From NCBI GenBank assembly GCA_951406725.2, contig OX597831.1, positions 8,494,001 through 8,558,000 on the forward strand: a stretch of 64,000 nucleotides of DNA, read 5' to 3'. The notes beneath the pieces were generated by a model. It did not search any database. It was given only the letters and a program-made list of their open reading frames with translations, and was not told the origin of the DNA. Positions 63,304 to 64,000 of this stretch are shown here, piece after piece. The translations under genes were made by a program, and so were the position numbers. Each line of letters begins with the position of its first letter. The stretch's first letter is position 1. The stretch comes from Octopus vulgaris. Lineage: Eukaryota.

Positions 63304-63516
63304 TGGATAAGGCCGGAACAATGTGAGGTAAATGCAAGGCAAATCGCAAGAAACAAACATGAATTGATGTAGACTTACTTTGCATCCAATATTTCGTTAA
63401 TCTCTTGAAAATGGAGTCATAACCCCGAAATATCGAATACAAGGTAAGTTTACATAAATTCATATTCTTGTTATAATTTGGCTTGCATTTATTTCGCATT
63501 GTTCCGGCCTTATCCA
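63304..63516. mobile_element. Foldback element with about 90-bp imperfect inverted arms
   Basis: TGGATAAGGCCGGAACAATG ... CATTGTTCCGGCCTTATCCA perfect 20-bp termini, with imperfect pairing continuing inward. Confidence 0.75.
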
Positions 63517-63765
63517 CTCTCCTTTATATATATATATGAGAATAATGTTGACAAAGACTTCGGAGTTTCGGCCTTCTTAACCTTCATCCGATAGGCTAAG
63601 GCTAAGCAGGTCCAAACTTGGAAGTTACTGTCAAAAACTATTCGTATAAAAGTATAATAAACGTGTACTCTACGCAAGGTATTGAGTAATCCTTTAATAT
63701 AGATTTGCTTTTATTACAACTCAACGTATGGCACTGAGTTGGTCGATTCGTTATTGCATCGGAGT

Positions 63766-64000
63766 GGAGGCGCAATGGCCCAGTGGTTAGGGCAGCGGAC
63801 TCGCGGTTTCGATTCTCAGACCGGGCGTTGTGAGTGTTTATTGAGCAAAAACACCCAAAGCTCCACGAGGCTCCGGCAGGGGATGGTGGTGATCCCTGCT
63901 GTACTCTTTCACCACAACTTTCTCTCACTCTTACTTCCTGTTTCTGTTGTACCTGTATTTCAAAGGGCCGGCCTTGTCACTCTCTGTGTCACGCTGAATA
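63766..64000 (+). mobile_element. tRNA-derived SINE (further family), runs off the window end
   Basis: Head GGAGGCGCAATGGCCCAGTGGTTAGGGCAGCGGACTCGC...GGTTTCGATTC with A/B boxes but no complete cloverleaf, followed by a non-tRNA body. Confidence 0.75.

Noticed and set aside
63766-63830. tRNA-like sequence
   Set aside because: It has A and B boxes but no complete anticodon arm or acceptor pairing, and continues into a repeat body; it is a SINE head. The same applies to family A and C heads.

Overview
AT-rich, repeat- and microsatellite-dense metazoan DNA. The SINE, LINE and (TA)n/(CA)n landscape suggests a coleoid cephalopod such as Octopus; this is an inference. Two complete intron-containing genes sit head-to-head with only 271 bp between their start codons. 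One is a cofactor-dependent phosphoglycerate mutase (PGAM, minus strand, 6 coding exons, 14137->490, 250 aa). The other is actin-related protein 10 / Arp11 (ACTR10, plus strand, 13 coding exons, 14409->32371, 387 aa). I assembled both by hand, and all splice phases close. ACTR10 intron 5 is a clear U12-type (minor spliceosome) intron, with a GTATCCTTT donor and TCCTTAAC branch point. The rest of the window is mostly mobile DNA: at least three SINE families, CR1-group, R4/Dong-type and RTE LINE fragments, a decayed Tol2-like hAT transposon, a non-autonomous Helitron, several MITEs and foldbacks, and a 1.8-kb SINE-bounded tandem duplication. The most unusual items are minimal type-I hammerhead ribozyme motifs in Penelope/retrozyme-like repeats, a TSD-flanked internally deleted RTE derivative, a SINE/LINE pair sharing a covarying 3' stem-loop, and orphan exon-like segments at 43 kb and 56 kb. 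I see no CRISPR array, rRNA or bona fide tRNA gene, and no clearly new multi-gene system. Most ORFs in the supplied track are microsatellite or SINE artefacts.
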